Under the pieces are notes generated by a model. It saw only the letters and a list, made by a program, of their open reading frames with translations, did not search any database and was not told the DNA's origin. Of a stretch of DNA of 64,000 bases, positions 63,860 to 64,000 are shown piece by piece (positions within the stretch are counted from its first letter, which is position 1; each line of letters starts with the position of its first letter). This stretch comes from Chiloscyllium plagiosum (Eukaryota), in assembly GCF_004010195.1 (NCBI RefSeq), contig NC_057737.1, positions 16,022,950-16,086,949 of the forward strand, read 5' to 3'. The translations under genes were made by a program, and so were the position numbers.

Positions 63860-64000
63860 ATATGTAAGGTATCGACAGGATAGATCGAGTGAATCCTTAG
63901 AAGAGAGAATAAAGGCAGTAGGAGGATACTTAAGGGAGAAATCAGGAAGGCAAAAAGGGGACATGAGATAGCTTTGGCAAATAGAGTTAAGGAGAATCCA
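63860..64000 (+). mobile_element. CR1 ORF2 fragment continuing beyond the window
   Basis: LKGEIRKAKRGHEIALANRVKENP. Confidence 0.85.

Overview
Vertebrate nuclear DNA, almost certainly from a shark. This is inferred from the repeat complement: HE1/V-type SINEs, SacSINE1-like Deu-SINEs, abundant CR1 LINEs and Penelope-like elements. Roughly half of the window is decayed transposon sequence (CR1, L2-group, RTE, Rex1/Babar, Penelope, hAT MITEs, a Gypsy integrase relic), plus a 33-bp minisatellite and two N gaps. Nearly all ORFs in the supplied track are TE fragments or chance ORFs. The main non-obvious results are four. (1) A phase-consistent four-exon + strand gene model (44079-59582) starting in a CpG/YY1-type promoter encodes a ~105-aa protein I do not recognise. 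(2) Several distinct Penelope pLTR families carry minimal hammerhead-ribozyme cores, often as short ORF-less, partly palindromic insertions with 11-16 bp target-site duplications. (3) There are local rearrangement footprints: a 139-bp-arm inverted duplication, a 139-bp locally templated insertion inside a LINE, and a 216-bp tandem duplication. (4) The minisatellite unit is a piece of a Deu-SINE. TE boundaries are approximate unless a TSD is quoted, and family names come from recalled consensus motifs, not database searches.
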